64,000 nucleotides of DNA from NCBI RefSeq assembly GCF_009914755.1, contig NC_060936.1; one strand, given 5' to 3'. Source of the DNA: the human T2T-CHM13v2.0 reference genome, Homo sapiens. The notes beneath the pieces are model-generated. The model was given only the letters and a program-made list of their open reading frames with translations. It did not search any database and was not told the origin of the DNA. The number at the start of each line of letters is the position of its first letter. The first letter of the stretch is position 1. Shown piece by piece: positions 13,978-27,409 of this stretch. The translations under genes were made by a program, and so were the position numbers.

Positions 13978-14002
13978 GAAGCATTGAGGAGATTTATAGG
14001 GT

Positions 14003-14486
14003 AGATGGGCATGGTAGCTCACATCTGTAATCCCAACACTTGAGAGGCCAAGGTGAAAGGATCCCTTGAGTCCAGGAGTTTGAGACTAGCCTGAGCAACA
14101 TAGCAAGACCTTGTCTCTGTAAATAAATAAATAGCTAGGCACTGTGGCGTGCACCTGTAGTGTGAGTGCTACACTACAGCTACTCGGGAAGCCAAGGCAG
14201 AAGGATCACTAGAGACTAGGAGTTCGAGACTACCCTGGGCAACATAGGGAGACCCTGTCTCTAAAAAAAAAAAAAAAATTCCATGCCTGGTGGTGTGTGC
14301 CTGCAGTCATAGCAACTCAGGAAGTTGAGGCAGGAGGATCACTTGAGCCCAGGAGTTTTAGATTACAGTGAGCTATATCACATCACTGCACTCCAGGCTG
14401 GGCAACAAAGTGAGACCTTGTCTCTAAAGATGTGAAAATAAAAATACAATTTAAAAATAAATAAATAAGTAAATAATTTCAAAAAG
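14003..14486 (+). mobile_element. Trimeric AluJ-type element
   Basis: Three monomers (~14003-14131, ~14132-14279, ~14280-14486) bounded by one TSD pair, gagatttatagg (13989-14000, 14490-14501). Confidence 0.85.
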
Positions 14487-14501
14487 AGAGAGATTTATAG
14501 G

Positions 14502-14760
14502 ACACAAGAGGAGAAACCACTTCTCTGGAGGCAGTTGGAAACTAACATGAGCAAATATGAGATTCACAGTGGCTGTCATGAGAGTCCTTGACAACTACCT
14601 GCCATGGTGTTTCAGGCTGAGCTCTTGAGTTTTGAACTTCCTGATCTTTGTTTTTTCAGGTCTTCCAACAGTTGAATAAGCTCATAATTATTATAATAAA
14701 CTTTGTATCTTAATTACATGGAGTAACTTCTGTTTTCCTGGATGATTACTGATTGATATA
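14502..14760 (+). mobile_element. Degenerate ERVL-type LTR 3' half (MLT2-like)
   Basis: aataaa followed by cttctgttttcctgg..actgattgatata, resembling MLT2/ERVL LTR ends. Confidence 0.35.
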
Positions 14761-15664
14761 ATATAGAAAATGTATTTGATAAAATTCAATATCCGATCCT
14801 TAATCAAAAAATAAAACCCATAATAAACTAAAAATAGATATTTAAAAATATGATAATATATCATTAGGTTCTATCATGTTTAATGATAAAACATTACAGG
14901 CATTCCAGCAAAAGTCAGAAATAGTACATGATGCATGCTAATACCATTATTATTTGCTGACGTATTTCTGTAAACTTTAGTCCACGAACATCAGGGTGTA
15001 ATTACAGGATAGGAGAACAAAATATTCATTATTGTCAGATGTGATTTTCTTTTACTCTATAAAACCCAAATGAATTAAAATCAGTAGAAACTTATGAATT
15101 TTTCTTCATGCCAACAAAAACAAAGTCCAGTTATGAAATGTGGCGGGGAAAATTTACAATAGTAATATATATGCACATACATATGTGTGTGCATACCTAT
15201 TTATATCATGATCAAACTTAACAAATCCATAGAAAGTGCATGAAGTAATCAATAAAACTTTTCTTAGAGAGACAAGTTTTGAATAAATGGAAAGACACAT
15301 TACATTCTTGGATGTTGAAGATTAGGTATTATGAAGGTATCAAGGGCCTTCAGATTAATTTTCACCAAACTAGTCAATTACACTGGTTGTTTCAATTTTT
15401 TAATAAACAGCACCATTCAAATTTTCACTCCCTCAACAATAGCATAAAATGTTTATGGTGTCTTTCTAGTGTTTTAAATTAGAAAAAAAATGGCCATTGT
15501 TCTTAGCCTTAAAGATATATTGGTGATTGAAAGACTTAATCGTGCTAAAATGCCAATACTATCCAAAACCATCTACAGGTCTAACATAGTCTTTATCAAA
15601 ATCCCAACAATTTCTTGTCTTATGCTGAGTAAGAAAAATTCACCTTAAAATTCATATAGGTCTC

Positions 15665-15754
15665 TCAAGCCCAGGAGTTCAAGGTTGCAGTGAACCATGA
15701 TTAAGCCAGTGCACTCCAGCCTGGGTGACAGAGCGAGACCCTGTCTCAAAAACA

Positions 15755-15789
<35 letters not shown>

Positions 15790-15792
15790 AAA
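15665..15792 (+). mobile_element. 5'-truncated AluJ right-arm fragment
   Basis: agcccaggagttcaaggttgcagtgaaccatgat...(TAAA)n; TSD approx aaaatt(c/t)atatag. Confidence 0.9.
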
Positions 15793-16116
15793 GAAAAAAT
15801 TTATATAGACTCTTAAGGGAACACAAATAGCCAAAAAAATCTTGAAAAACGAAGCAAGTTGAACCTCTCACACTTCCTGATTTCAAAACTTGTTACAAAG
15901 CTAAATGAATTAAAACTGTGGTATTGGCATAAAGACAGATAAATAGACCAATGGAACAGAATAGAGAGCCCAGAAATAAACTCTTGGATATATGGTCAAA
16001 TGATTTTCAACAAGGGTGTCAAAACCATTAAATGGGAAAGAACAGTCCTTTCAACAAAAGATGTTGCAAAAACTGGATATCCACATGCAAAAGAATGAAG
16101 TTGGAAACTTACCCTA

Positions 16117-16547
16117 TGTTATGGTTTGGATGTGATTTGTCCCCACCAGAACTCATTTTGAAATTTAATCCCCAACATAGCAGTGGTGGGAAGTGAGGCC
16201 TAGTGGGAGATGTTTGGGTCATGGGGACTAATCCCTCATGAATGGATTAATGCCTTCCTGAGGGAGTGAGTGAGTCCTCCTGCTCATGGGAATGAATTGG
16301 TTCCTGAGAGAGCAGGTTGTTAAACACGGTCTGGCTTCCTTGGTTTCTCTCTCTTGCTAACTCTCTTGCTATGTGATATCTTTGCCCCACTTCTCTTCAG
16401 CCTGAGGCCCTCACCAGATGCAGCTGCCCAATCTTGAACTTGCTAGCATACCAGAATTATGAGTTAAATAATCCTCTTTTCTGTGTAAATTACGTTGCCT
16501 TACATTGTAAGGTATTCTGTTATAGCAACACTAAGTGGACTAAGACA
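16117..16547 (+). mobile_element. MST (MSTB/MSTC-like) ERVL-MaLR solo LTR
   Basis: tgttatggtttggatgtg...ggactaagaca termini; 5-bp TSD cccta/cctta. Confidence 0.9.
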
Positions 16548-17175
16548 CCTTATATCTTATATAAAATTAACTCAAAATGGGTCAAAGACCTAATGTAAAA
16601 GCTAAACCTATAAAACTCTTAGCAGAAACAGAGACGCTTCATGATATTGGAGGTGGCAATGCTTTCTTGGATATGATACCAAAACACATGCAAAAAAAGA
16701 AAAAAACGATAAATTTGGACTACATCAAAATTTAAAACTTTGTGTATCAAAGGACACATTCAACAGAGTGAAAAGACAACCCATGGAATGGGAGAAAAAT
16801 ATTTGTGAATCATATATCTGATAAGGGGTTAGTATCTAGTATATGTAAAGAACTACAACTTAACAACAAAAAAACCCAACTCAATTTAAAAATGAGCCAG
16901 GGTCCTGAATAGATAGATATTTCTCCAAAGAAGATATACAAATGACCAATAAGACCATAAAAAGATGTTCAATGTCACTAATCATTAGGTTAATGCAAAT
17001 CAAAACTACATGGAGATACCACTTCACACTCATTAGGATGGCTACTATCAAAAAAACAGAGTAAGTGTTGGTGAGGATGCCGATAAAATGAGCACTGTTG
17101 GTGGAAAGATAAAATGGTGCAGTCACTATGGAAAATAGTATAGTGATTCATCAAAAAATTTAAAAAACAATAACT

Positions 17176-17612
<437 letters not shown>

Positions 17613-19569
17613 TCACTGATGGATGGAGGAATGGATAAACAAAATGTGGTGTATGCATACAACAGAATGTTATTCAGCCTTAAAAAAGGAAGAAAATCTG
17701 ACACTTACTAAAATGTGGATGAACCTTGAGGACATTCTGCTAGGTGAAATAAGCCAGTCAGAAAGAGACAAATACTATATAATTTCACTTACATGAAGAA
17801 TGTAGAGTAGTCATATTGATAAAGACAGACAGTGGAATGATGGCTGCTAGGGGCTGGTGGGATGGGGGGAAAGGAGAGTTATTGAATGGGTACGAGTTTC
17901 AGTTTTGCAAGGTAAAGGGAGTTCTGGAGACATGGTGGTGATGGTTGCACAACAATGTGAATGTACATAATGCCACTGAAGTGTACACTTAAAAATGGTT
18001 AAGAAAATAAATTTTGTTAGATATACTTTATCACAATTAAATGAAAAAATAAACACATGCTTTCATACAAAAATACATGCAGATATATTAGATAGATATT
18101 TAAGGAAATAAAAACTAGAGATTTTTAATTCTCTTATGCTTTTCAATTTTTAGATAATAATTATAATCTAATTTCCCTAGTACTCCCTTGACTTCCCTTT
18201 AGGATACCAGCCAATGTTTTGAATTTTCCTACTGTCAGAAGTCTTGGCCCAAGATAAACTTTTCACTCCCTCCTTGTTTTCTAAAGGGTTCAGGCATTCA
18301 GACAAACTCCTAAAGTAGACACTGTCCTTCGCCTCAGATGGCTTAAATTCTGTAGGGGTACATTAACAAGAGAGGAGACAATCACAGTACAATGTGGTGG
18401 TCTCATCTTCTAAAAGTTCACCTGATGTCCTGAGGGTGCTGAAATCATGAATGCGTTAGCACAAGTAGGTGACCAAGCAAAGTGACTCTGATAAATTGCA
18501 TAAAGCCTTTCAATTAGAATTTGTCCAGACACACATTAAAATATAAAGCACAATAGCGCATCAATACTAGAGGCTATTTTTGTTCTAAATAATTATATAG
18601 GTATGAGGGCAGGGTGGAGAGAACAGGATTAATATGTAGAGGACTCCTCTGTCGTTTACACAGAAAAAAAATTCAAGCTATAGGGTCTATAACTGTGGAC
18701 AAGAGATATCTGTTTAGTAGGTGTTTCAGGGGCCAAGAAAGATATGATTATAAAACTCATGTGGCAAAAATATGCTACTAGATTTTGTTTTTTGGTGACC
18801 AAGAAATAAGTCTATGCTACTTATAATGTCATATACTTAATTTGAGTAGACAAATTAACAGATGAACTCAAGACAACTCCAAAACTTTCTATACAATTGA
18901 TTGAAAAAATTGCCACAAAAGCAGATGCTTCAGCTTGGAAAAGTTTCTTTGACAGATTGGTCTCTGGGTTTTGTAATTGTTAACCAAGTTAGGGAAAAAT
19001 ATTACAATATATTTGAGCCTAACGGGGCTCCATCACAGCCATTTTCAGTTAATACATAAAAGATGTTTTTATCAGGGAGTTACATTTTATTCTTTCTTTC
19101 TTCAATAGGATTATTACTGATTCCTTCAAATGTTCTTTTTTTATTAGAAAGAAAAACATATAGAACATGATTACATAAGAGAAAGGTTGCAGTTGTCTCT
19201 GTGTTAAGCAGAAACTTTCCATTTGCTAAAATTAGGGTACATTTACATTTTTAATAACAGCTAAGTTTAACAAGCCTTATTTTCCTCAGTGGTGGGAGGA
19301 CACCTTGCAGCTCCTCCCATTTATTGTGACAATGTAATTCAACTCTGTTAAGCTTAAGTGAACAATATAGCCCTCTGATTTTCACTTTTAACAATTGCAA
19401 AACATTTTAGTAAACAAAATGTTGCTTCTGTAGACTTTTGAAGGTATCAAGAATAATGAGCCCTCCAAATACATCTGAATTAATTTATAAAAGATGAAAA
19501 GATAAGAAACTATTTAGCTTCATAAAGATTTTGACTAGGATTTTTTTATTTAAGATTTTTGGTAAACAC

Positions 19570-20357
19570 ACCAATTTCTTTCCCAAATCTCCTTCGCCTG
19601 GGTCCTGTATTTCAATGAATGAAGTCATCGTCCTCCTACATCAGCTCAAAACCTCAGACTATGTTTTGACTTCTTTCTCTCTTTACCCCACCCACATCTA
19701 CTTAGTTTTTACTCATACCAATTCTACTTTTACAGAATCCCTTGCTTGCCTTCTTTATTCAATCTCAAAGCCTACAGGATTAATGAGATACCTTTTTAAC
19801 AGATCTCCCTACCTTTGGGAGCTTATTTATCAGTCCATCCCACAAAAAAACTGCTATATCAATTTTTTTAGTACAAAATGCTGAAGCTGATCTTTTACTC
19901 CTATAACAACTTCCTGTTGTCAGTTCAGTTTTTGGAGTATGGCTGGTATTCAGTACACTCAAAGACATATTCACTCTATGACTCTTTAGCATTATTTCCC
20001 ACTACTACCTTTCGTATACCCTAACCGTCTAGGTCCTTTAATTTTGTGCATCCATGATGTTTTCTTTATTTGGCATGTGCTTTCATTACTCTCAATATGT
20101 CCAAATGCTTTCTGCCTCACCTGTGAGACTCAGCTCAAATTTTGAACCCTTTCCAAATGCCTTTATCTTTTCCTTCACTGAATTCTCTTAGTATTTTATA
20201 TGTAACTCCCACTTTATGTAATTTTGATAGTGTATTAATTTTCATTTACACTTTAATCCCTTGATAGATTTCAAGTTTCTTGTAAGCAGAATTTATAGGT
20301 ACTTTATCTTGTTATATCCCACATTCTAATTGTTCGATTAATATTCACTGAATAAAT
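19570..20357 (+). mobile_element. L2 LINE 3' fossil
   Basis: Degenerate L2 motifs (gctcaaaacctcag, gagactcagctcaaat), ending aatattcactgaataaat. Confidence 0.55.
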
Positions 20358-21087
20358 CTGTATGCAATACTGGAAACTCTTGAGAATTCAGGTGTGAGAT
20401 ATGTGAAGCAAGGCAATTTATCGACCAGTGGATATTATACATTTTTAAGTCTAAAAGAGACACTTGACCTCAGCAGTGCCAAAATCATTGTCATAAAATT
20501 GAAACTATTATACAGAATTCACTAAAACCTTATTACATGATCTCTCATGCGGTAATTGGTTAATTTTTCAATGTTAAGAATTCCATGTACAGGGCACAGT
20601 ACAACAAATCTAATAAACAACTTTCATAACCTATTGTCTTGCCTGTTGTCTGGTTCTGATTATTTGACATTGGTTTTTCCATAGGAGACATCCAATGCAG
20701 GAAGCAAAAGAGTTGATTACTGCACACTGCCCTCTGGTGAGCCACATGGGTAATCTAGAGGGGGAAATTCAGAGTTGAGAATGTAATTCACTCTCCATGC
20801 CTAGGATGCCAGTTAGTGCCAAAGAATTATGTCACATTTTGTGATGTGATCACTTCTCTCAACTGTATACTCTCCTGAGCCTACTAATTCTTTCCATGCA
20901 GGTCATCAAATGGCCATCAGTTGGTAAAATTTTCCTCTTCATTTAGCCAAAAATGGATCCAGAATATTTGTAATGAGTCTTACTAACCCAAGCTTTTCAA
21001 AAAATTGTGCTATTACTTCTACCATGACATTTCCCTGCATCTTCATATATCCCCAAAGCATTGTATGAAAACAATGGTAAAACATGT

Positions 21088-21465
21088 TGTATTAGTCCGT
21101 TCTAGCATTGCTATAAGGAACTACATGCAACTCGGTAATTTATGAAGAAAAGAGGTTTAGTTGACTCACGGTTCCACAGGCTATACAGGAAGCATGGCTA
21201 GGGAGGCCTCAGGAAACTTACAATCATGGTGGAAGGTGAAGGGGAAGCAGGCACATCTTCACATGGTGCAGCAGGAGAGAGAGAGCAAAGAGGGAAGTGC
21301 TACACACTTTTAAACAACCAGATCTCATGAGAACTACTATCACGAGAACAGCAAGGGGGAATCTGCCCCCAAGATCCAATCACATCCCACCAGGCCCCTC
21401 CTCCAACACTGAGTATTACAATTTGACATGAGATTTGGGTGGGGACACAGAGCCAAACCATATCA
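21088..21465 (-). mobile_element. MSTA/THE1-family MaLR solo LTR
   Basis: tgtattagtccgttct...agccaaaccatatca; TSD catgt/catat. Confidence 0.93.
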
Positions 21466-23200
21466 CATATTGTTCTCAGCTTGCAGAGAAGTCAGATTCT
21501 TTGTAATTGACATGCTAAATTCTCTACATTCACATAAACGAGTCTTATTTCATATATAAAAACATGGAGCTTTCTCATTCTTGAGGAGAAGTCCAAAAAT
21601 CAAATAATCAATCTTATAACATTAGAAGTACTCTTTGATTTGGAAGGACCACAGGTATGTCTAGCTTTTGACCATATCAAAACTGCCATATTGCTGGGTG
21701 ATATTACTCATTTATTACCAGCTGACTGAATACCATTCACAGCTAAATCAATAATGAAAGCTTCAGAACAGGTATGAAACCACTCAAACCTCACATTCTA
21801 GGAGGTACACAAATAACCCAGTGTCTAACGTTCATTAGCTTCTGAAATCAACTCTATTTGCTGTTTGTACACAAGTATATTTGTCCATTTTTAATTCTAT
21901 TCCTAACTTCAGGAATCTGCATTTTGTAAAAGTTATACAAATAATGGATGATCTTCAAATAAGTGTAAATATCCTTACTGAAAAAAAAACACTTGTAAAA
22001 ACATAGAATAAATGCTTTCTTGTTTAACGGAGTGCTAAACTTGTTAAAAATATGTCCCCATTTATCAAAATTTTGACTCTTCAAAATCCAAGCAACTGAT
22101 TGATCATCTAGAACCTACTAAAATAGAAATGTAATTTTTCCTTACGTTCTTTATCATGCAGTTGAAAGTTTAAATTATATAAGAACAAAAAAGGGGGTAA
22201 GGAGGAAGCTGGAGGGCCAAAGTGAGGGTGGAATTTTTCAAAAAAAGAAAAAAAATATATAAGAACCACATCCTTTCTTGAATCTCAATCTTTTAATTGT
22301 CTGAGGCCATTTATGTGCAAACTCAGTAAACTGGTTTTTACTTATTGTTAATTTATTTTGCTTTCAAATAAGAAAGCCTTCTGTGAGACACTTTCCTGCT
22401 GGTTTCTGCTGATTTGTTGCTTAACTGTGGGTACTAGTTTCCTGAATTCAGAGAGGAGTTCAAATAAAATTGCATCTAAGTTCATTTAACTGTAAAACTC
22501 TGTTTCTAATGATATCAGACATTAATGAATAATGATTTTAAACCAACAGATATTAACTGTATGTGTACTATATATTTAAACTCAATTTTTGTATTGTATA
22601 TTATGTAGCTTAAAAGGTACCATAAGGATAAATGGTATATATCAAATTGCAATTTCCCATAGAAATAATTCACTCAGTTTTGTTTTTATTTTGTTTGTTT
22701 TTAATCTTCTCTTTTGACTACATTTGAGAGGGAATTTCTGGCTAGCACAGAATCCTTTTTAATTTGTTTCTGTATAATGTGCAGCAGATATACTTAATTA
22801 ATGAACTGATTAGCAACTTCCTTAATTACTTTCCAGTAGTTTTTTTCATTATTAAATGTTCAGCCTTTGAATGAATATCTACCAATATATGCCATCACAA
22901 TTTAATCAAATAGAATATATCTGTATTTTGTATTGTACTGAAACCGTCTAAAATAAAGCAAATATTTATATATCAAATAGGGAAATTGACAGCATTGTAT
23001 GTGATACAACACAATATTATAATGCATTATATGAAGTCCTTAGTTTGCTTTTTCTTATATCTAATTTGTTTTGGTTGGTACCATGCAAAAAATAAAAGGC
23101 AACCACTAAGTCATAGAATTTAAATGGCATATTTTAAATGACTTTGACAATTTATATATAATGTTGACTGACATCTTATCTTCATATAAGGCTTTACAGT

Positions 23201-24003
23201 TTTTTAATTAATAAACTTTATTTCTTAGAGCAGTTTTAGTTTCACAAACAGCAGAAAGTACAGAGTTCCCATATATTCCCTGTCCCCACACATGCCTTAC
23301 ACCCCTACTACCAGAGTACATGTGTTACAGTTGATAAACCTACATTGACACATCATTACACACAAAGCTCATGGTTTACATGAGGGTTCACTCTTGATGT
23401 TGTATATTCAATAGGTTTTGACAAATGTATAATGACATATCCATCACTGTAGTACCTACAGAATAGTTTTACTGTCTGAGAAATTCTCTGTGCTCTGCCT
23501 ATTCACCCTTTTCTCCTGCCAATCCCTGTCAACCACTGATCTTTTAACTGTCTTTATGGTCTTACCTTTCCCAGAATGTCATATAGTTAGAAGCACAGTA
23601 TGTAGCTTTTCACAGATTGGCTCCTTTCACTTAGTAATATGCATTTAAGTTTCTTCCTTGTCTTTTCAAGGCTTGATAGCTCATTATCTTTTCATGTTGA
23701 ATAATATTCCATTGTCTGATATACCATAGTTCATTTATCCACTCACCTTCTGAGGATCTCTTGGTTCTTTTCAAGTGTTGGCAATTATGAGTAAAGCTGC
23801 TGCAAATATCCATGTGCAGATTTTTGTGTGGACCTAAGTTTTCAATTCATTGGTTAATTACCAAGGAGCATGATTGCTGGATCATATGGTAAGAGTTTAT
23901 TTAGCTTTTGTTTATTAAACTTGCATCCTGAAACTTTGTTATAATTGCTTATTAGTTCCAGGAGGGGTTTTTTTGGTTAATTGTTTCAGATTTTCTACAT
24001 AGT
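23201..24003 (-). mobile_element. L1MC-type LINE-1 3' fragment
   Basis: agagcagttttag..agtacagagttcccatat, acattgacacatcatta.. (L1MC 3'UTR) followed by ORF2 remnants. Confidence 0.85.
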
Positions 24004-24009
24004 GTTTCT

Positions 24010-24350
24010 TATGTGAAAGACATTATTTTAGATGTTGTGGATACAAAAATAAACACATAATCCATGTCTTCAAGGAGTTCATAATATATAGGGCAAAAGG
24101 TGTAAGCAAATTATTACAATGTGGCTTGTGAATGGCTATAATATTAGTATAAATGAAGTGTGATGAGGCCTCAGAGAATAGGCAGCTAATATAATCTGGA
24201 AATTTCAGAGAAGACTTTCCAGAGGAGGTTGAGTCTGAGTTGAATCTCCAGGGATGGACAGATGCTATCCAGGAGACCGACAGAAGGAAGATTATGCCTG
24301 GAAGAGGAAACAGCATGTTCAAAAACAAAGATGAGAATGCTTCATCCACA
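24010..24350 (-). mobile_element. L2 3' fragment
   Basis: gtcttcaaggagttcata, gaagactttccagaggagg..ctgagttgaatct, gaggaaacagcatgttcaaa. Confidence 0.65.
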
Positions 24351-24372
24351 GAGAAACTTCCTAGTGGTTTAA

Positions 24373-24759
24373 TGTGATAGACACCGAGATGCACCCCCAG
24401 ATTCCTCTTCAAAGAGGATTTCCTATGCAGCTGCAGGAAATATGGCCAGTAATTTATAGCTGTCTGTTCAGGTTCAGAGAGCAGTCTTTTCCAAGGTCCT
24501 ACCCTTAACCAGGGCAATCTGCATCTGGTAGAGGAGAGAAGTCTGAATACAAATGCAGGACAACTCTGATAGACATATTTGTTCCAGAGCTTTCTGCTGA
24601 GTTGGCTGAAGTTCTGTTGCGTCTGTATCGCAGTTCAACTTCTCTCTCTGACCAATGCTGTTTCACTTCACTTCCTATCAAAGGTTTGATCCCTAATAAG
24701 CACCCTGCATGCTGAAATTCTTGTTTTGGCGTCTGCTTCCTGAGAATGCAATCCATGAA
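24373..24759 (+). mobile_element. LTR16-type 5' LTR (ERVL)
   Basis: Starts TG; gggcaatctgcatctgg..ggacaactctga..gcgtctgcttcctgagaa; followed directly by tRNA-Leu-type PBS tggtaccaggactgg (24762). Confidence 0.8.
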
Positions 24760-25914
24760 TTTGGTACCAGGACTGGTCCAAGAGAGTAGGTGATGGGCTT
24801 TTTGCCTGAGTCATTCATTGCCTCCTGGCATTACTTGTGGTAAATGGAGCACAAACAGCTATTATCACAAGGTAGTAATCAAATTATTAACATTTTCACT
24901 GTTTGTGAACTGGCCAGATGAATCAGATATATTTGAGATGTATGGGGAATAAAGTAGCGATAAAGATAAAGGAATTGGATGGCTATTGCTAAGCGGTATT
25001 GATGCTCTACACAAAGATAATGAAAAAATCAGAGCGAATAACAAGCAATTAAAAACCAAGTGAGATTGTCAGAGGGCCTCTTTGGCTGCATAAAAAAGAA
25101 GCTCTCATTTCCTGCAGGAGGAGGCTGGAGAAAGGTGAAGACCAAGACTAGACTTTATAGTCAGAGTAGCTGAACTTCAAAGATGGTTATATGCCCACTG
25201 AGATAGATGGTTAATAATAAGCAAAGTTGAAATGCTGGGATTGCCATGGAAGAAGGTTGAGGAAGGGAAAGGCTGAGGAAAATAAGCATGCTGGAATGAA
25301 AATACAAATAAGGCTGGAAGACTGAGAGGAATATGTTCCATGGGAAGGCCCAAAGGATACACAGTTTACCAAGGCTGTAATGAATGAGCTGGTGAAAGAA
25401 GCACTAGCAACACTAACAAGCAGAGTAGTGATGCTCCTCTTTAGGCCAGAGGTCACTGTAGGAGAGGCCATTACAGAACCTGACTCATTGGTAACAAAGA
25501 AGTTGATAGAACCCTGGAAAAACAGAGGCCAGTTGTGGCATTTAACTGCCAGAAGCCAGGGATTTTAAATAATTGTAAGCATCAACAAGGTCAGAATGGC
25601 AGCCCAGAAAGAACCACAGAATTATGGAACATATTAATAGAATTTGACAATGCTAGAGACAAAATAAATTGGTAGTGACAATGGAATCACTCAGCATGTA
25701 CTGTTAGAAGAAATCAAGCATGAATAACAGAGTGATACTTTATTGTGTCATAATCCCTTGCCCAGTTTATGGGCCTGAGTCAATTTTCAGACCTGTATCT
25801 CATTCATTGACGTGTTTAGGTCTCCTGGGGATGGACCTTGTGATGCCATGGCAAGTACACCTGGTAATGATTCCCTTAGTCCTTCTTCAAAGGGACCAAA
25901 GGCCATTTACTTGG

Positions 25915-26270
25915 TGATACGGTTTGGCTCTCTGTCCCTCCCAAATCTTATCAGAAATTATAATCCCTACATGTTGAGGAAGGAACCTGTAATCCCCACG
26001 TGTTGAGGGAGGGAGGTGGGATCATGGGGACAGTTTTCTCCCTGCTGTTCTCATGAGATCTGATGGTTTTATAAGGCAGTTTTCCCTGCTCTTGCTCATT
26101 CTCTCTCCTGCCTCCTGTCAAGAATGTGCCTGCTTCCCTTCTGCCATAACTGTAAGTTTCCTGAGATCTCTCCAGCTGTGCACAACTGTGAGTCTATTAA
26201 ACCTCTTTCCTTTATAAATTACCCAGTCTCAGGGAAGTTCTTTATAGCAGCATGAAAATGGACTAATACA
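25915..26270 (+). mobile_element. THE1D-like solo LTR
   Basis: tgatacggtttggctct...ggactaataca; TSD cttgg/cttgg; nested in the HERV16 remnant. Confidence 0.92.
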
Positions 26271-26416
26271 CTTGGGTAATGTGAACCAGCTGGACATTTA
26301 GTTGACACTGATACTAGGAGAACCAACACATTAGGGCCTTAATTTATAGTTGGAGCATGTGAAGGCCAGTTTTAAAAATGGAATTCTGTCCAGATTCAGC
26401 TTATATTGGGCCCACT

Positions 26417-26502
26417 GGTTGCAACAAGGACCACCTGACTTATAAAGCTTAAAATATTAACTATCTGTTCCTGTACATAAAAAGTTTGCTAACCCCAGAT
26501 CT
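26417..26502 (+). mobile_element. MER58A-like DNA transposon fragment
   Basis: gttgcaacaaggacc..aaagcttaaaatattaactatctg..aaaaagtttgctaacccc. Confidence 0.6.
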
Positions 26503-26864
26503 AAAGGATGCAGAATGGTCATACCCATCCACTGGATTCACTCGTCTTGCTTCTGCAAAAATAGGATGGATCCTGAAGAATGACTATAGACTTCCTCAAG
26601 CTCAACCAAGTAGTAGTAGCCCTCCTGACAGTTATTATGCCAGATGTGGTATCTTTATTAGAGTGAATCAACATGGCCTTAGGTACATGGCATGTGGTCT
26701 TCAGTTTGGTGAATGCATTCTTTTCCATCCCACTTAGATTACAGGATCAAATATCATTCAATATGCATTCACATGGAAAGAATAAATATACATTAACAAG
26801 GCAGTAGCAGCCGTGAAGTAGAGGAAGGAGAGCGAAAGCATTTAAGGAACTGCATATGAAAAGA

Positions 26865-27362
26865 ACCAGTGGTTATTCCACACTATATATCATCCCACTC
26901 CTCTTTGTAATAAAATCCCCGAATTTTAGCAGGCCACAAAGCTGCCCAGACAAAGAGGGCAGTTTGAAACTTACCCTGTAGCTCGGTATGGCTATGTGGC
27001 CAAGTTCTAGCCAGTGAGATGTGAGAGTAAAATGTTTGCCTTCTGTGCCCTGCTCTGCTAAAGAAGAGGTATGCCCTTCACTTCCCCTTTTCCCTTTTCC
27101 TGCTAGTTAGAATGCGGACATAATGGCAGAAATTGGAGCACTTATATTAGACCGTGGAAAGGACGCCATATGTTGAAAATGGGAGAACAACAAGATGTAA
27201 GGAGGTCAAGTAGCGTCTCCTTACGTGGAGCCACTGTATCAGCCCTGCATTGCCTAGGCTTATGCTTTTATGTGAGATAACAATTAGAACTTATCTTGTT
27301 TAAGTCACAATTATTTTGGAGTCTTTGTTAAAGGAGCTGAAACTAATGTTCTAACTAATGCA
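26865..27362 (+). mobile_element. MLT1J-like MaLR LTR
   Basis: ctgtagctcggtatggctatgtggccaagttctagccagtgagatgt; tttaagtcacaattattttgg; ends ctaactaatgca. Confidence 0.75.
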
Positions 27363-27409
27363 AGTGCTTACAAAAGCAACTGAGCAAGGAGGTTGGATAG
27401 GTTGTGTGG

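Larger units (their letters stand above)
24760..26790 (+). mobile_element. HERV16/ERV3-16-like internal remnant (gag and partial RT), no 3' LTR seen
   Basis: gag-like GIGWLLLSGIDALHKDNEKIRANNKQLK; RT remnant resembling DGSWRMT..KLNQVV..PDVVSLLE..GTW..LVNAFFSIP (26560-26735); many stops. Confidence 0.8.
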
